Shown here piece by piece: positions 19,447-28,621 of a stretch of DNA of 42,438 nt (the first letter of the stretch is position 1; the number at the start of each line of letters is the position of its first letter). The translations under genes were made by a program, and so were the position numbers. This stretch comes from Deferribacterota bacterium (GTDB taxonomy: Bacteria > Chrysiogenota > Deferribacteres > Deferribacterales > UBA228), in the NCBI GenBank assembly GCA_034189185.1, contig JAXHVM010000001.1, positions 1-42,438 on the forward strand, read 5' to 3'. The notes beneath the pieces were generated by a model. That model was not told the origin of the DNA. It saw nothing but the letters and a program-made list of their open reading frames with translations, and made no database searches.

Positions 19447-20891
19447 CTAAACTCCTCCTTCATAAAAGAGAATAATAGATTTTCCACATCTTTTAAAGAT
19501 AGATTATTAATTTTATCAGTAATAATCTTTGAGATATTTATTGTATTAAATACATTTATTATATTATTATCAAGTATGCTATTAAGTTCTTTTTTAAAAT
19601 TTCCAGCTAATTCGTTATATGTTTTTTCAGATATACTATTATATATATTCCCAAGTACTATAGTGTCTAGAACTTCATTAAATAAATTTTCTATTTTACT
19701 TTGATTTTCAGTTTTTAATATATTGGAGACATCAACTTGAATAGAAAACTTTTCATTGTTAATTGTTATATTTTTTAATACCTCCTTTATTTTCTTTTGG
19801 CTAAGTGTTTCAATGTTATTCTTTATAATATTCTCAATCTTTTCGTTGAAATTATCAGAATGTATATATTTTTTTAATCTATGAATAATTTTTGCTCTAT
19901 ATTCATAAAATTTTTCAAAGCCAATTCTTTCGATATATTCATAAATTGGTTTTGACAATATATTGTTTAGATAGTTATAGAGATTATCACTTATTTTATT
20001 TTTTAGATCATTATTATTCTTTAATGAATTAACTATTTGTGGGAATTCTTTGTCAATTATCTCATAAATTGTTTCATCTGATAGTATTATATTTATAGCA
20101 GTAAGTTTTAGTTGATTAAAAAAACCATCTTTAAAATAATTATTTTTAAAGTCTATTATTTTTCTAGTTATTTTCTCCTTAACCTCATCTCTTTGTAGGA
20201 TGTTATAAATAGATTCAGTTAATTTAACCGTTATTGAATTTGATATGTTTTTTAGTATTTCATCAATATCTATTTTGATTATATTTTTTAATGATTTACC
20301 CGATAATATAATTTCCCCTATATCATTTGATAGCTTATCTATAAATTCATTAGTTATTAAATAATTTAGTATAAGGTTGTGGAGGGTGGTTATGACGCCC
20401 TCGTAGATTTTAGGATAATCACTTATTTTTTTTTCATATACCTCTTCTAAGAGGTTCTCTAAAATATTGTTAACTTTTTCATTTAACGTGTTTTTTAGCC
20501 CTTCACTTTCTATTAGATATTCAGCTATTTTTCTTGAAATATTTTTTGAATCTATACCAAAATTATTGAGTAATGCTTTTATGTTACCAACGTCTCTATC
20601 TAAGATATTTTTTAGTTCTTTTTTTATAGTCACTTCTAATAAATCTTGAAAGTTGCTCTCCCATATTGCTCCTTTTATAGCTTCATTACTTATTAATTTG
20701 TTTCCCACCATTAAACCAATTTCACTTGCTAATTTTGATCTATTACGTGGGATCACACCTTGCCAGCCTAAGGTAAACCACCTTCTTTTAAATGGTCTAA
20801 AAAGCATTTTTATTGCAATAAAGTTTGTAATATAACCTACAATTCCTGATAATAGGGGAATGATTATTAAGTTATACCATTGCAGCTGCAA
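19371..20891 (-). CDS. DUF445-family membrane protein
   Basis: 506 aa with a TTG start overlapping the ppx 3' end by 20 nt. The N-terminal helix LSGIVGYITNFIAIKMLFRP and the C-terminal helix WINLLGFIIGFIIGV bracket a long helical Lys/Glu/Asn-rich region. This pattern is typical of DUF445 (from memory). Confidence 0.6.
   Translation of the reverse strand: MQLQWYNLIIIPLLSGIVGYITNFIAIKMLFRPFKRRWFTLGWQGVIPRNRSKLASEIGLMVGNKLISNEAIKGAIWESNFQDLLEVTIKKELKNILDRDVGNIKALLNNFGIDSKNISRKIAEYLIESEGLKNTLNEKVNNILENLLEEVYEKKISDYPKIYEGVITTLHNLILNYLITNEFIDKLSNDIGEIILSGKSLKNIIKIDIDEILKNISNSITVKLTESIYNILQRDEVKEKITRKIIDFKNNYFKDGFFNQLKLTAINIILSDETIYEIIDKEFPQIVNSLKNNNDLKNKISDNLYNYLNNILSKPIYEYIERIGFEKFYEYRAKIIHRLKKYIHSDNFNEKIENIIKNNIETLSQKKIKEVLKNITINNEKFSIQVDVSNILKTENQSKIENLFNEVLDTIVLGNIYNSISEKTYNELAGNFKKELNSILDNNIINVFNTINISKIITDKINNLSLKDVENLLFSFMKEEFRWINLLGFIIGFIIGVIEVIIIQFY
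19405..19437. repeat. 12-nt tandem repeat, about 2.7 copies (CCTATTATAAAA x2 plus CCTAATAAG)
   Basis: Read directly. On the minus strand it encodes GFII-GFII in the DUF445 C-terminal helix and NRFY-NRFY in the overlapping frame. Confidence 0.8.
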
Positions 20892-21783
20892 TAGTTAAGC
20901 CCTCTCTTAGTCCAAAGTCACTAACCGTTAAAATATTAATATTAAAATAATCCATTATGGATAATATAATAAGAATCCCTGGAATAATAAGATCTTCTCT
21001 ACCTTTTAATAGAGGGTATTTCTTAACACGTTCTACTGAGTTTATACTAGCTAAATGATTAAATATATTTTTGATATTATCTTTTTTTAATTTATAGTTA
21101 TTTATTAAATTTCTGTCATATTTTTTTAAATTGCTATCTATTGCTGCAATAGTTGTTATTGTTCCAGCTGTACCTACAAGCATATCAGGTTTTAAAGATT
21201 GATCTAGATTATTGATTATAGGATTAATATATTTTATTAAATCTAGTTTAGTATTGTTATCAAGTTTATCGTCAACTCTAAAGATATCTGCTAATTTAAC
21301 AACGCCCAAAGATAAGCTTTTAATATATTCAACTTGTTTGTTTAAAATATATATAAATTCAGTGGATCCGCCACCAATGTCAAATATAAGTGTATTTTTA
21401 TCATTTATTTTTAATATACTATTAACTCCTAAATAGGTATAATAACCCTCACTTTCTCCATCAATAACTTCAACGTTTAGACCAATTTTTGAGACCTTTT
21501 CAAGAAATATTTCACTGTTTTTTGCTTCTCTTACAGCCGAAGTTGCTATAGTTTTTATTTTTTCAGGTTTGTATATATCTATGTTTTTTTTAAATTTTTT
21601 CAGCACTTCAACTGTGCGATTGATTGCATCATCTTGTAGATAGCCATTATCAATTAGATTTTCAGCTAGTCTTGTAATTTTTCTATCTTCAAATATAATT
21701 TTATTAATATTTTTATTTTTAATATCTGCGATTAGCAATCTAACTGTGTTACTCCCAATATCAATCCCAGCAGTGATCATCAA
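20872..21783 (-). CDS. ppx: Ppx/GppA-family phosphatase (short form, no HD domain)
   Basis: 303 aa. Motifs: AGIDIGSNTVRLLIA, DIGGGSTEF and VGTAGTITT, which are ASKHA-fold motifs of exopolyphosphatase / pppGpp phosphohydrolase. Confidence 0.8.
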   Translation of the reverse strand: MMITAGIDIGSNTVRLLIADIKNKNINKIIFEDRKITRLAENLIDNGYLQDDAINRTVEVLKKFKKNIDIYKPEKIKTIATSAVREAKNSEIFLEKVSKIGLNVEVIDGESEGYYTYLGVNSILKINDKNTLIFDIGGGSTEFIYILNKQVEYIKSLSLGVVKLADIFRVDDKLDNNTKLDLIKYINPIINNLDQSLKPDMLVGTAGTITTIAAIDSNLKKYDRNLINNYKLKKDNIKNIFNHLASINSVERVKKYPLLKGREDLIIPGILIILSIMDYFNINILTVSDFGLREGLTIAAAMV

Positions 21784-21816
21784 TTAAATATAATTCTTAT
21801 TTAGCAATTTAGGAAT

Positions 21817-21847
21817 AAAAAAAGCCAGTTTTTAAACTGGCTTTTTT
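21817..21847 (-). terminator. Bidirectional rho-independent terminator downstream of nifJ
   Basis: AAAGCCAGTTT / AAACTGGCTTT stem (21821-21844), flanked by an A-run (21817-21823) and a T-run (21842-21847). It lies 18 nt after the nifJ stop on the minus strand. Confidence 0.8.
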
Positions 21848-21865
21848 GGAATTAGATTTTAATTT

Positions 21866-24800
21866 TTAGCACTTATCCATATTTTCTAGGTATTTGTATA
21901 GATTATATTTTCTTTTAATATTTTTTTCTGCTTCAGATGCCAGCATTTTTGCCCTTTCTGGAAACATTTTCATTACCGCTCTAAATCTGTTTTCAGTTTT
22001 CATAAACTCAATAACCGATTCTTTAGGCTCTTTTGAGTCAATCTTTAGTGGGTTTTTACCTTCATTCAGTAGTTGTGGGTTATACCTATAAAGCATATTA
22101 AACCCACAGTTGATGGCAAGTTTTTGCTGCTCAACACCTTTGCTCATATCAATACCATGGGCAATACAATGGCTATCAGCTATAATAATTGATGGGCCAT
22201 TGTAGTTTTCTGCTTCAATAAATGTTCTTATGCAATGAGCTGGATTAGATAAAGATACATGGGCCACATAGGTATGACCATAAGTCATTGCCATTAATCC
22301 CAAATCTTTCTTATCAGTTGGCTTTCCTGCAAAAGCAAATTTTGCAAAAGCACCAAGGGAGGTTGCCTTAGATGCTTGTCCTCCTGTGTTTGAATAGACT
22401 TCTGTATCAAGTACTAATAAATTTACATTTTCTTTTTGGGCAAGTATGTGGTCTAATCCACCATAGCCTATATCATATGCCCAACCATCACCACCTACAC
22501 CCCATATAGACATAGGTATGAGAAAGTCAGCTAGTTCATATAGTTTTTTAGCTTCTAAGCTATCAATATTTCTAAGCTGCTCTTTTAATTTGACGACCCT
22601 TTGTCTTTGTTCTTCAATCTCAACTTGCTCTATTGTTCTTGCAGTTGCAATCTCATCAGCGAGAGAGCTATCAATTTTATCCCTTAATTTTTCTAATAAT
22701 TTTAAAGCCTGTGACCTAAAAGAATTTACTGCTAAACGCATACCATAGGCAAATTCTGCAGTATCTTCAAATAGCGAGTTAGACCATGTAGGGCCTCTTC
22801 CATCTGCCCTTTTTGTAAATGGTGTTGTTGGAAGGTTTCCGATATAAATAGATGAACAACCTGTAGCATTTCCAATTATTGCTCTATCACCAAATAGTTG
22901 GAGCATTAATCTAACATAGGGAGTTTCACCACAGCCAGGGCATGCCCCTGAAAACTCAAAAAGATGTGGTGCTAGCTGAGATCCTTTAATTGTTTTTTTG
23001 TTATATTTATCATAAGGTAGCTCGGGTATCTTTAAGAAATATTCAAAGTTTTTGGACTCTGTTTCCCTTAATGGTGGTTGAGGCATCATATTAATTGCTT
23101 TTTTATCTGGCTCGCTTTTACTTTTAGCTGGGCAATTGAACACACATGCTCCACATCCTGTGCAATCCTCAGCTGCTATTTGTATAGTAAACTTCATTCC
23201 CTTATATTCTTTGCCCTTTGCATCAGTAAATTTGAAAGTAGGGGGCGCATCTTTTAAATATTTCTCATCATATATTTTCATTCTAATAGTTGCATGAGGG
23301 CAAACAAAGGAGCATATGCCACATTGTATACATAATTCTGGCTCCCATACAGGGATTTGTAACGCCACATTTCTCTTTTCATATTTAGAAGTGCCAGTTG
23401 GATAGGTGCCATCAAAGGGAAGTTTTGAAACAGGTAGTGCATCACCTTCATTTGGAATTAATTTACAAATTGTTTCTTTTATAAAATTATCACTATCAGG
23501 CGGTATAGCACATTTTTTCATAGATATATTACTTGTAACCTTGTTAGGTATTTCAACCTCTATTAGCTCATTAACCGCAGCGTTTACTGCTTCTATGTTC
23601 ATATTTACTACTTTTTCGCCGTATCTACCATAAGTTTTTTTGATAGTTTCTTTTATTGCTTCTAAAGCTTGATCAAAGGGGATAATATTAGAAATTTTAA
23701 AGAAGGCTGTTTGTAGAATAACATTTATACGAGGACCTAAACCAATTCTTTCAGCTATTTCACTAGCATTTATAATATACATTTTTGGTTTTCTCTCAAT
23801 AAGTAGTTCTTGCACAGTAGATGGTAATTTATCCCATACTTCATCTTTACTATATATAGAGTTGAGCAAAAATGTTCCATTTTCTTTCAATGGTTTTAAG
23901 AGATCATATTTTTCTAGAAATGCAAAGTTGTGACATGCTATAAAATCTGCTTTTTGGATCAAATAGGAACTCCTAATCTCTCTTTTACCAAAGCGCAAAT
24001 GTGAGGTTGTAAGGGAGCCTGCTTTTTTAGAGTCATAGACAAAATAAGCTTGGACGTAGTTTTCAGTCATTTCACCAATTATCTTTGCAGAATTTTTGTT
24101 TGCCCCAACAGTACCATCTGCACCAAGACCATAAAACATTGCATTGTAGATGTCATCTTGAGGCGTTAACCATTCAGGGTCATAATCTACACTTCTAAAG
24201 GCAACATCATCATGTATTCCTACAGAGAAATTATTGATTGGCTCGCTCTTATCTAAGTTGTCAAAAACGCCCTTTATCATTGCTGGGGTGAAGTCCTTTG
24301 AACCAAGGCCGTATCTCCCACCAACAACAATAGGATACCCCTTAAATTCAAATAGGCCTTTTTGCATAGCTTCACCTATTGCTGTTCTTATATCAAGATA
24401 CATTGGTTCGCCTAGTGCGCCTGGTTCTTTGGTTCTATCCAATACTGCAAACTTTTTAACACTTTTTGGTAAGTTCTTTACAAATGCATCTAAAGGAAAG
24501 GGTCTAAATAGCCTAAACTTTAAAACACCCACCTTTTCACCTAATTGGTTCATATACTCAACTGTCTCGTGGGCAACGTCAGCACCGGATCCCATAATAA
24601 CTAAAACTTTTTCTGCCTCAGGATGACCTACATAATCAACTAAGTTATATCTCCTACCCACTGCTTCATAAAATTTATCCATATTTTTTTGTAGTATTTG
24701 AGGAAATCTATCGTAAAACTTATTTACTGCCTCTCTACTTTGGAAGAAAACATCTGGGTTTTGTGATGTTCCTTTTATCATTGGCCTTTCAGGATTTAAA

Positions 24801-25423
24801 CCCCTTTGTCTTAATTTTGATACAAGATTATCATCAATGAGTTGTCTCATTATATCAAAATCAATTTGTTCAACCTTTCTAATCTCATGAGAGGTTCTAA
24901 AGCCATCAAAAAAATGCAAAACAGGAATATAACTTTCCAAAGATGCCATTTGTGCAATTAGCGCAAAATCCATAACTTCTTGTGGGTTGGCTGAAGCTAG
25001 TAATGCCCAACCAGTTGGTCTGCAGGTCATAACATCAGAATGATCGCCAAAAATTGATAGAGCATGTGTGGCTACAGCTCGTGCACTTACATGAAAAACA
25101 GTTGGGGTTAATTCTCCTGCAATCTTATACATGTTGGGAATCATTAACAGTAAACCCTGTGATGCAGTGAAAGTTGTTGTTAGCGCCCCTGTAGTTATTG
25201 AACCATGACAAGTTCCTGCTGCACCTGCTTCAGATTGCATTTCAACAACTTTTGGCACTTCTCCCCATATATTTTTTTCACCTTTAGCGCTCTTTTCATC
25301 AGCTAATTCTCCCATAACTGAGGATGGAGTGATTGGGTAGATTGATATTACTTCATTTGTGGCATGTGCAGTATATGCAGCAGCTGTATTTCCATCAATT
25401 GTGATATATTTTTTATTGCCCAT
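21866..25423 (-). CDS. nifJ: Pyruvate:ferredoxin (flavodoxin) oxidoreductase, single-chain
   Basis: 1185 aa. Two ferredoxin motifs (CIQCGICSFVCP, CTGCGACVFNCP), a TPP-binding GGDGWAYDIG region, and the full-length PFOR domain order. Confidence 0.95.
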   Translation of the reverse strand: MGNKKYITIDGNTAAAYTAHATNEVISIYPITPSSVMGELADEKSAKGEKNIWGEVPKVVEMQSEAGAAGTCHGSITTGALTTTFTASQGLLLMIPNMYKIAGELTPTVFHVSARAVATHALSIFGDHSDVMTCRPTGWALLASANPQEVMDFALIAQMASLESYIPVLHFFDGFRTSHEIRKVEQIDFDIMRQLIDDNLVSKLRQRGLNPERPMIKGTSQNPDVFFQSREAVNKFYDRFPQILQKNMDKFYEAVGRRYNLVDYVGHPEAEKVLVIMGSGADVAHETVEYMNQLGEKVGVLKFRLFRPFPLDAFVKNLPKSVKKFAVLDRTKEPGALGEPMYLDIRTAIGEAMQKGLFEFKGYPIVVGGRYGLGSKDFTPAMIKGVFDNLDKSEPINNFSVGIHDDVAFRSVDYDPEWLTPQDDIYNAMFYGLGADGTVGANKNSAKIIGEMTENYVQAYFVYDSKKAGSLTTSHLRFGKREIRSSYLIQKADFIACHNFAFLEKYDLLKPLKENGTFLLNSIYSKDEVWDKLPSTVQELLIERKPKMYIINASEIAERIGLGPRINVILQTAFFKISNIIPFDQALEAIKETIKKTYGRYGEKVVNMNIEAVNAAVNELIEVEIPNKVTSNISMKKCAIPPDSDNFIKETICKLIPNEGDALPVSKLPFDGTYPTGTSKYEKRNVALQIPVWEPELCIQCGICSFVCPHATIRMKIYDEKYLKDAPPTFKFTDAKGKEYKGMKFTIQIAAEDCTGCGACVFNCPAKSKSEPDKKAINMMPQPPLRETESKNFEYFLKIPELPYDKYNKKTIKGSQLAPHLFEFSGACPGCGETPYVRLMLQLFGDRAIIGNATGCSSIYIGNLPTTPFTKRADGRGPTWSNSLFEDTAEFAYGMRLAVNSFRSQALKLLEKLRDKIDSSLADEIATARTIEQVEIEEQRQRVVKLKEQLRNIDSLEAKKLYELADFLIPMSIWGVGGDGWAYDIGYGGLDHILAQKENVNLLVLDTEVYSNTGGQASKATSLGAFAKFAFAGKPTDKKDLGLMAMTYGHTYVAHVSLSNPAHCIRTFIEAENYNGPSIIIADSHCIAHGIDMSKGVEQQKLAINCGFNMLYRYNPQLLNEGKNPLKIDSKEPKESVIEFMKTENRFRAVMKMFPERAKMLASEAEKNIKRKYNLYKYLENMDKC

Positions 25424-25634
25424 AGTGCCTCCTTTATATTTGATTGGTCATATTTAAACAAATTTAATGATTTAACTAAATAAAAATGCATTGCAACATC
25501 AATAGCAAAATATCTCATTTATTATATATTATAGTTAATAGAATGCAATAAAAAATAATCTTTATAATGATATAAAATTTTAATAACTATTTAATAAAAT
25601 TGCATTTTTTTGGTTTTTTAGATATTATCTTCTT

Positions 25635-26108
25635 ATGATTGATTTGTTTTTAAAATACTCAATTGTAGCTGGGAACGAAAATGAAGTTGTTAATGAAAGA
25701 GATTTCAATTTATATAAGAGAAACTTAATTGATGAGTTTGATTTTGTTTATGTTCCCTATTTTGAGTTATTTAAAAAAGTGGATATTAATGAAAAAGGTA
25801 TTAGGGCGTCACTATTACAAGCAGATTATGGCATTGCCGAGACTGGTAGTATTGTTTTAATTTCATCAGATGAAAACATCAATAGGGCTTCAATGCTATC
25901 TGATAGTATAACATATATATTACTTGAGAATAATATAGTTGATACCTTAGATAGTATTTCAAAGTATATTGAAAGGGAGACAAAGAAAGAAAAAAACTAC
26001 ATAACTATTATAACTGGTCCTTCAAGAACAGCGGATATTGAAAATCAATTAATAATAGGTGTGCATGGTCCAAAAGAGCAAAGAATAATAGTAGTAAAAA
26101 AGGATTAA
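25635..26108 (+). CDS. lutC: LUD-domain protein, LutC/YkgG-like (short)
   Basis: 157 aa. Motifs ADYGIAETGSIVLISS and IITGPSRTADIE. No obvious SD. Shorter than the typical LutC as I remember it. Confidence 0.7.
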   Translation: MIDLFLKYSIVAGNENEVVNERDFNLYKRNLIDEFDFVYVPYFELFKKVDINEKGIRASLLQADYGIAETGSIVLISSDENINRASMLSDSITYILLENNIVDTLDSISKYIERETKKEKNYITIITGPSRTADIENQLIIGVHGPKEQRIIVVKKD

Positions 26109-26109
26109 A

Positions 26110-28236
26110 ATGAAAAGGAACATAAAAAAAGATATTAAAAGTAGAATAGAGGATTCTTTCTTCCAAAAACATTTAACAAATTTTGCAAGTGATTATAAAA
26201 GCAAGAAAGAGGTAGCCTTTGGAGACTTAGATTTTAATGCTTTGAGAGAAAGTGTAGGTAAGCTAAGGTTAGATCTATTAAATAATATTGAAACATTGTC
26301 AAGAGAGTTTATTGATAATGCTTCAAAGGCAGGCTGTTATATATATAAAGCTAAAAATGGGGTTGATGCTGCTAGGTATATAATTAATGTATGTAGGAAA
26401 CATAATGCAAAGAAAGTTATTAAATCAAAATCAATGACTGCCGAGGAAACTGATCTAAATAGATATATTGAATTTGCAGGTATTGAAAGAGCAGAGACAG
26501 ATTTAGGTGAGTGGCTTATCCAGCTGTGTAACGAGAAGCCATCACATATGGTAATACCAGCATTACATAAAAATAGGAAACAAGTAGCAGCTGTTTTGTC
26601 TAAAGCCGCTAAAAAATCTATAGATGAAAATGACACAAAGCAGATGGTTGAGATTGCAAGGCGTATTCTAAGAAGCAGTTTTTTTGATGCTGATGTTGGG
26701 ATAACAGGTGCCAATATACTTATTGCTTCAAGTGGCTCAAGTGTAATTGTAACAAATGAGGGTAATGGGAGGCTTACATCAACAATACCACCAGTTCATA
26801 TAGTGATAGCGGGCTATGATAAGATTGTAGATAATTTTAGTTCAGCCAGCAAAATTTTAAAGATACTATCAAAATCTACGACAGGCCAGCATTTTAGTTC
26901 TTATGTCACTATGGTTAAAGGTTGTAATGAATCTCTAAAGAATAAAGGCCAAAAAAAAGAAGTCCACTATGTTTTGTTAGATAATGGTAGATTGTCCTTA
27001 TTGCGGCACCCTATTTTAAAGGATGTATTTAAGTGTATTAGGTGTGGCAGTTGTGCTAATGTTTGTCCTGTTTATGAGGTTGTTGGAGGGCATATTTTTG
27101 GAGATATTTATGTTGGACCAATTGGATTGATTCTGACAGCATTATATCATACAGAAAAAAAAGCACTAGATTTATTTGATATGTGTATTGGTTGCAAGGC
27201 TTGTTCTGAGAATTGTCCTTCTAATATTGATTTAGAAAGCATTATCACCTATCTAAAGCTTTCATTATCTGAAAAATATCATAAGGGAAAGATTATGAAA
27301 GCTATTAATAATATTAGCTTTGCAAGACCATTCTTAATGGATCAGTCCTTTAGGTTGGTAAGAGTTGTGGAGAGACCTTTTTTAGAAGAGGATGGTAATT
27401 ATATAAAGTCAGATTTACCTTTAATTAAGAAAGATTTTAGGAAGCTACCATCGGTTAAAAAGAAAAGCTTTACTGAGATATATAATAAAGATTTTTATAA
27501 AGAAAATATCAAAAATGATGTATTTTTCTATCCAGGGTGTATGATTGAATATATATATCCCGACATTGGTATTGATCTAGTTAAGTTCTTAGACAGGTTG
27601 GGAGTTGGTGTTGATATACCCAAAAATCCTGCATGTTGTGGTATGCCTCTAATTCACCAAGGTGATAAAAGTAATGCCTTTAAACTCATAAGAAAATTGA
27701 TTAAATCTTTAGGTTATCCAAGGCTTTATAGCGCCTATATTACACTTTGCCCAACATGTGCTGTAGCCTTTATATCAGAGGTCTCATATTTTGTTCAGGA
27801 TGATCCGTCTCTATATAAATTTAGTCAGCACTTAAAAAATAACACAAAGTCCCTCAATATGTTTTTAGAGGAGAATGGTTTTGATCTGACATTGAATTTA
27901 GATAAAAAGGTTACATACCATATCCCTTGCCATTTAAGGAGAGGACAAAACACTTCCTCAGAAGGCTTAATAAGAAAACTTGCAGGTGATAAATATATAC
28001 CTATGAGTGATAGTGATGTCTGTTGTGGCTTTGGTGGTACCTTTTCTGTCAGCTATAGAGATGTTTCTAATGTTATAATAAATAAAAAGCTTAATAATAT
28101 TTTTGATACAAATTGTGATATTGTTATAACTGATTGTCCAGCCTGTATAATGCAAATTGATGGAGCTCTTAAAAAGAAAGGTTCTAATAAAACTGTTAAA
28201 CATTTATCAGAGATATTAAATAGTTATTATACTTAA
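26110..28236 (+). CDS. Fused LutB-like (LUD + 2x[4Fe-4S]) and LutA-like (two CCG cysteine-rich domains) lactate-oxidation protein
   Basis: 708 aa. The N-terminal LUD region has GITGANILIASSGS. Ferredoxin motifs CIRCGSCANVCP and CIGCKACSENCP follow. The C-terminal half carries PGCMIEY...ACCGMPL and HIPCHL...VCCGFGGTF (CCG domains). Confidence 0.85.
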   Translation: MKRNIKKDIKSRIEDSFFQKHLTNFASDYKSKKEVAFGDLDFNALRESVGKLRLDLLNNIETLSREFIDNASKAGCYIYKAKNGVDAARYIINVCRKHNAKKVIKSKSMTAEETDLNRYIEFAGIERAETDLGEWLIQLCNEKPSHMVIPALHKNRKQVAAVLSKAAKKSIDENDTKQMVEIARRILRSSFFDADVGITGANILIASSGSSVIVTNEGNGRLTSTIPPVHIVIAGYDKIVDNFSSASKILKILSKSTTGQHFSSYVTMVKGCNESLKNKGQKKEVHYVLLDNGRLSLLRHPILKDVFKCIRCGSCANVCPVYEVVGGHIFGDIYVGPIGLILTALYHTEKKALDLFDMCIGCKACSENCPSNIDLESIITYLKLSLSEKYHKGKIMKAINNISFARPFLMDQSFRLVRVVERPFLEEDGNYIKSDLPLIKKDFRKLPSVKKKSFTEIYNKDFYKENIKNDVFFYPGCMIEYIYPDIGIDLVKFLDRLGVGVDIPKNPACCGMPLIHQGDKSNAFKLIRKLIKSLGYPRLYSAYITLCPTCAVAFISEVSYFVQDDPSLYKFSQHLKNNTKSLNMFLEENGFDLTLNLDKKVTYHIPCHLRRGQNTSSEGLIRKLAGDKYIPMSDSDVCCGFGGTFSVSYRDVSNVIINKKLNNIFDTNCDIVITDCPACIMQIDGALKKKGSNKTVKHLSEILNSYYT

Positions 28237-28276
28237 ATTTTAATTAATAGATTATCTTAAACTGATTAGATATATA

Positions 28277-28535
28277 AAAAAGAGGGTATTGGTTACAGGT
28301 GGCGAAAGACTACTTGATGAGAACTGTGAAGTCCTTTGTGTCGATAATTTTTTTACGAAAAACAAAGAGAATATAAAGAACTTTTAAAAGATCCCTATTT
28401 TGAAATTATAAAACATGTTTAAGAGAAAACTTAACATAATCTTAGCCAACAAATTGCTTGATTGGGAATCATCAGTTAGCTTAGAAATTGGATTAAAAGC
28501 TACTATTAATTATTTTAAGCATTTACTTAATAAGT
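28277..28535 (+). pseudogene. Remnant of an NAD-dependent sugar-nucleotide epimerase/dehydratase (UDP-glucuronate decarboxylase-like)
   Basis: Frame 1 reads KKRVLVTGG-ERLLDENCEVLCVDNFFTKNKENIKNF then a stop. A +1-shifted frame reads LLKDPYFEIIKHV then a stop. A third piece reads KLNIILANKLLDWESSVSLEIGLKATINYFKHLLNK then a stop. This matches the N- and C-termini of UXS-type SDR enzymes. The GxxGxxG glycines and about 230 central residues are missing. Confidence 0.75.
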
Positions 28536-28621
28536 AACAATCTTTCTCAAAAGCTATGCTCGACTGTAATTTTTATTATGTTAAATTGTATTTTCAGTGT
28601 CACCCTTTTATCTAAATATAT

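Noticed and set aside
25486-25604. Three ATTGCA/TGCAAT boxes in the nifJ-lutC spacer and an ATGCAATAAA 10-mer shared with the promoter region at 32222-32231
   Set aside because: In AT-rich intergenic DNA, a shared 10-mer among several kb of spacers is expected by chance on a rough estimate. There is no clear dyad symmetry or fixed spacing. It is worth a motif search only if relatives conserve it.
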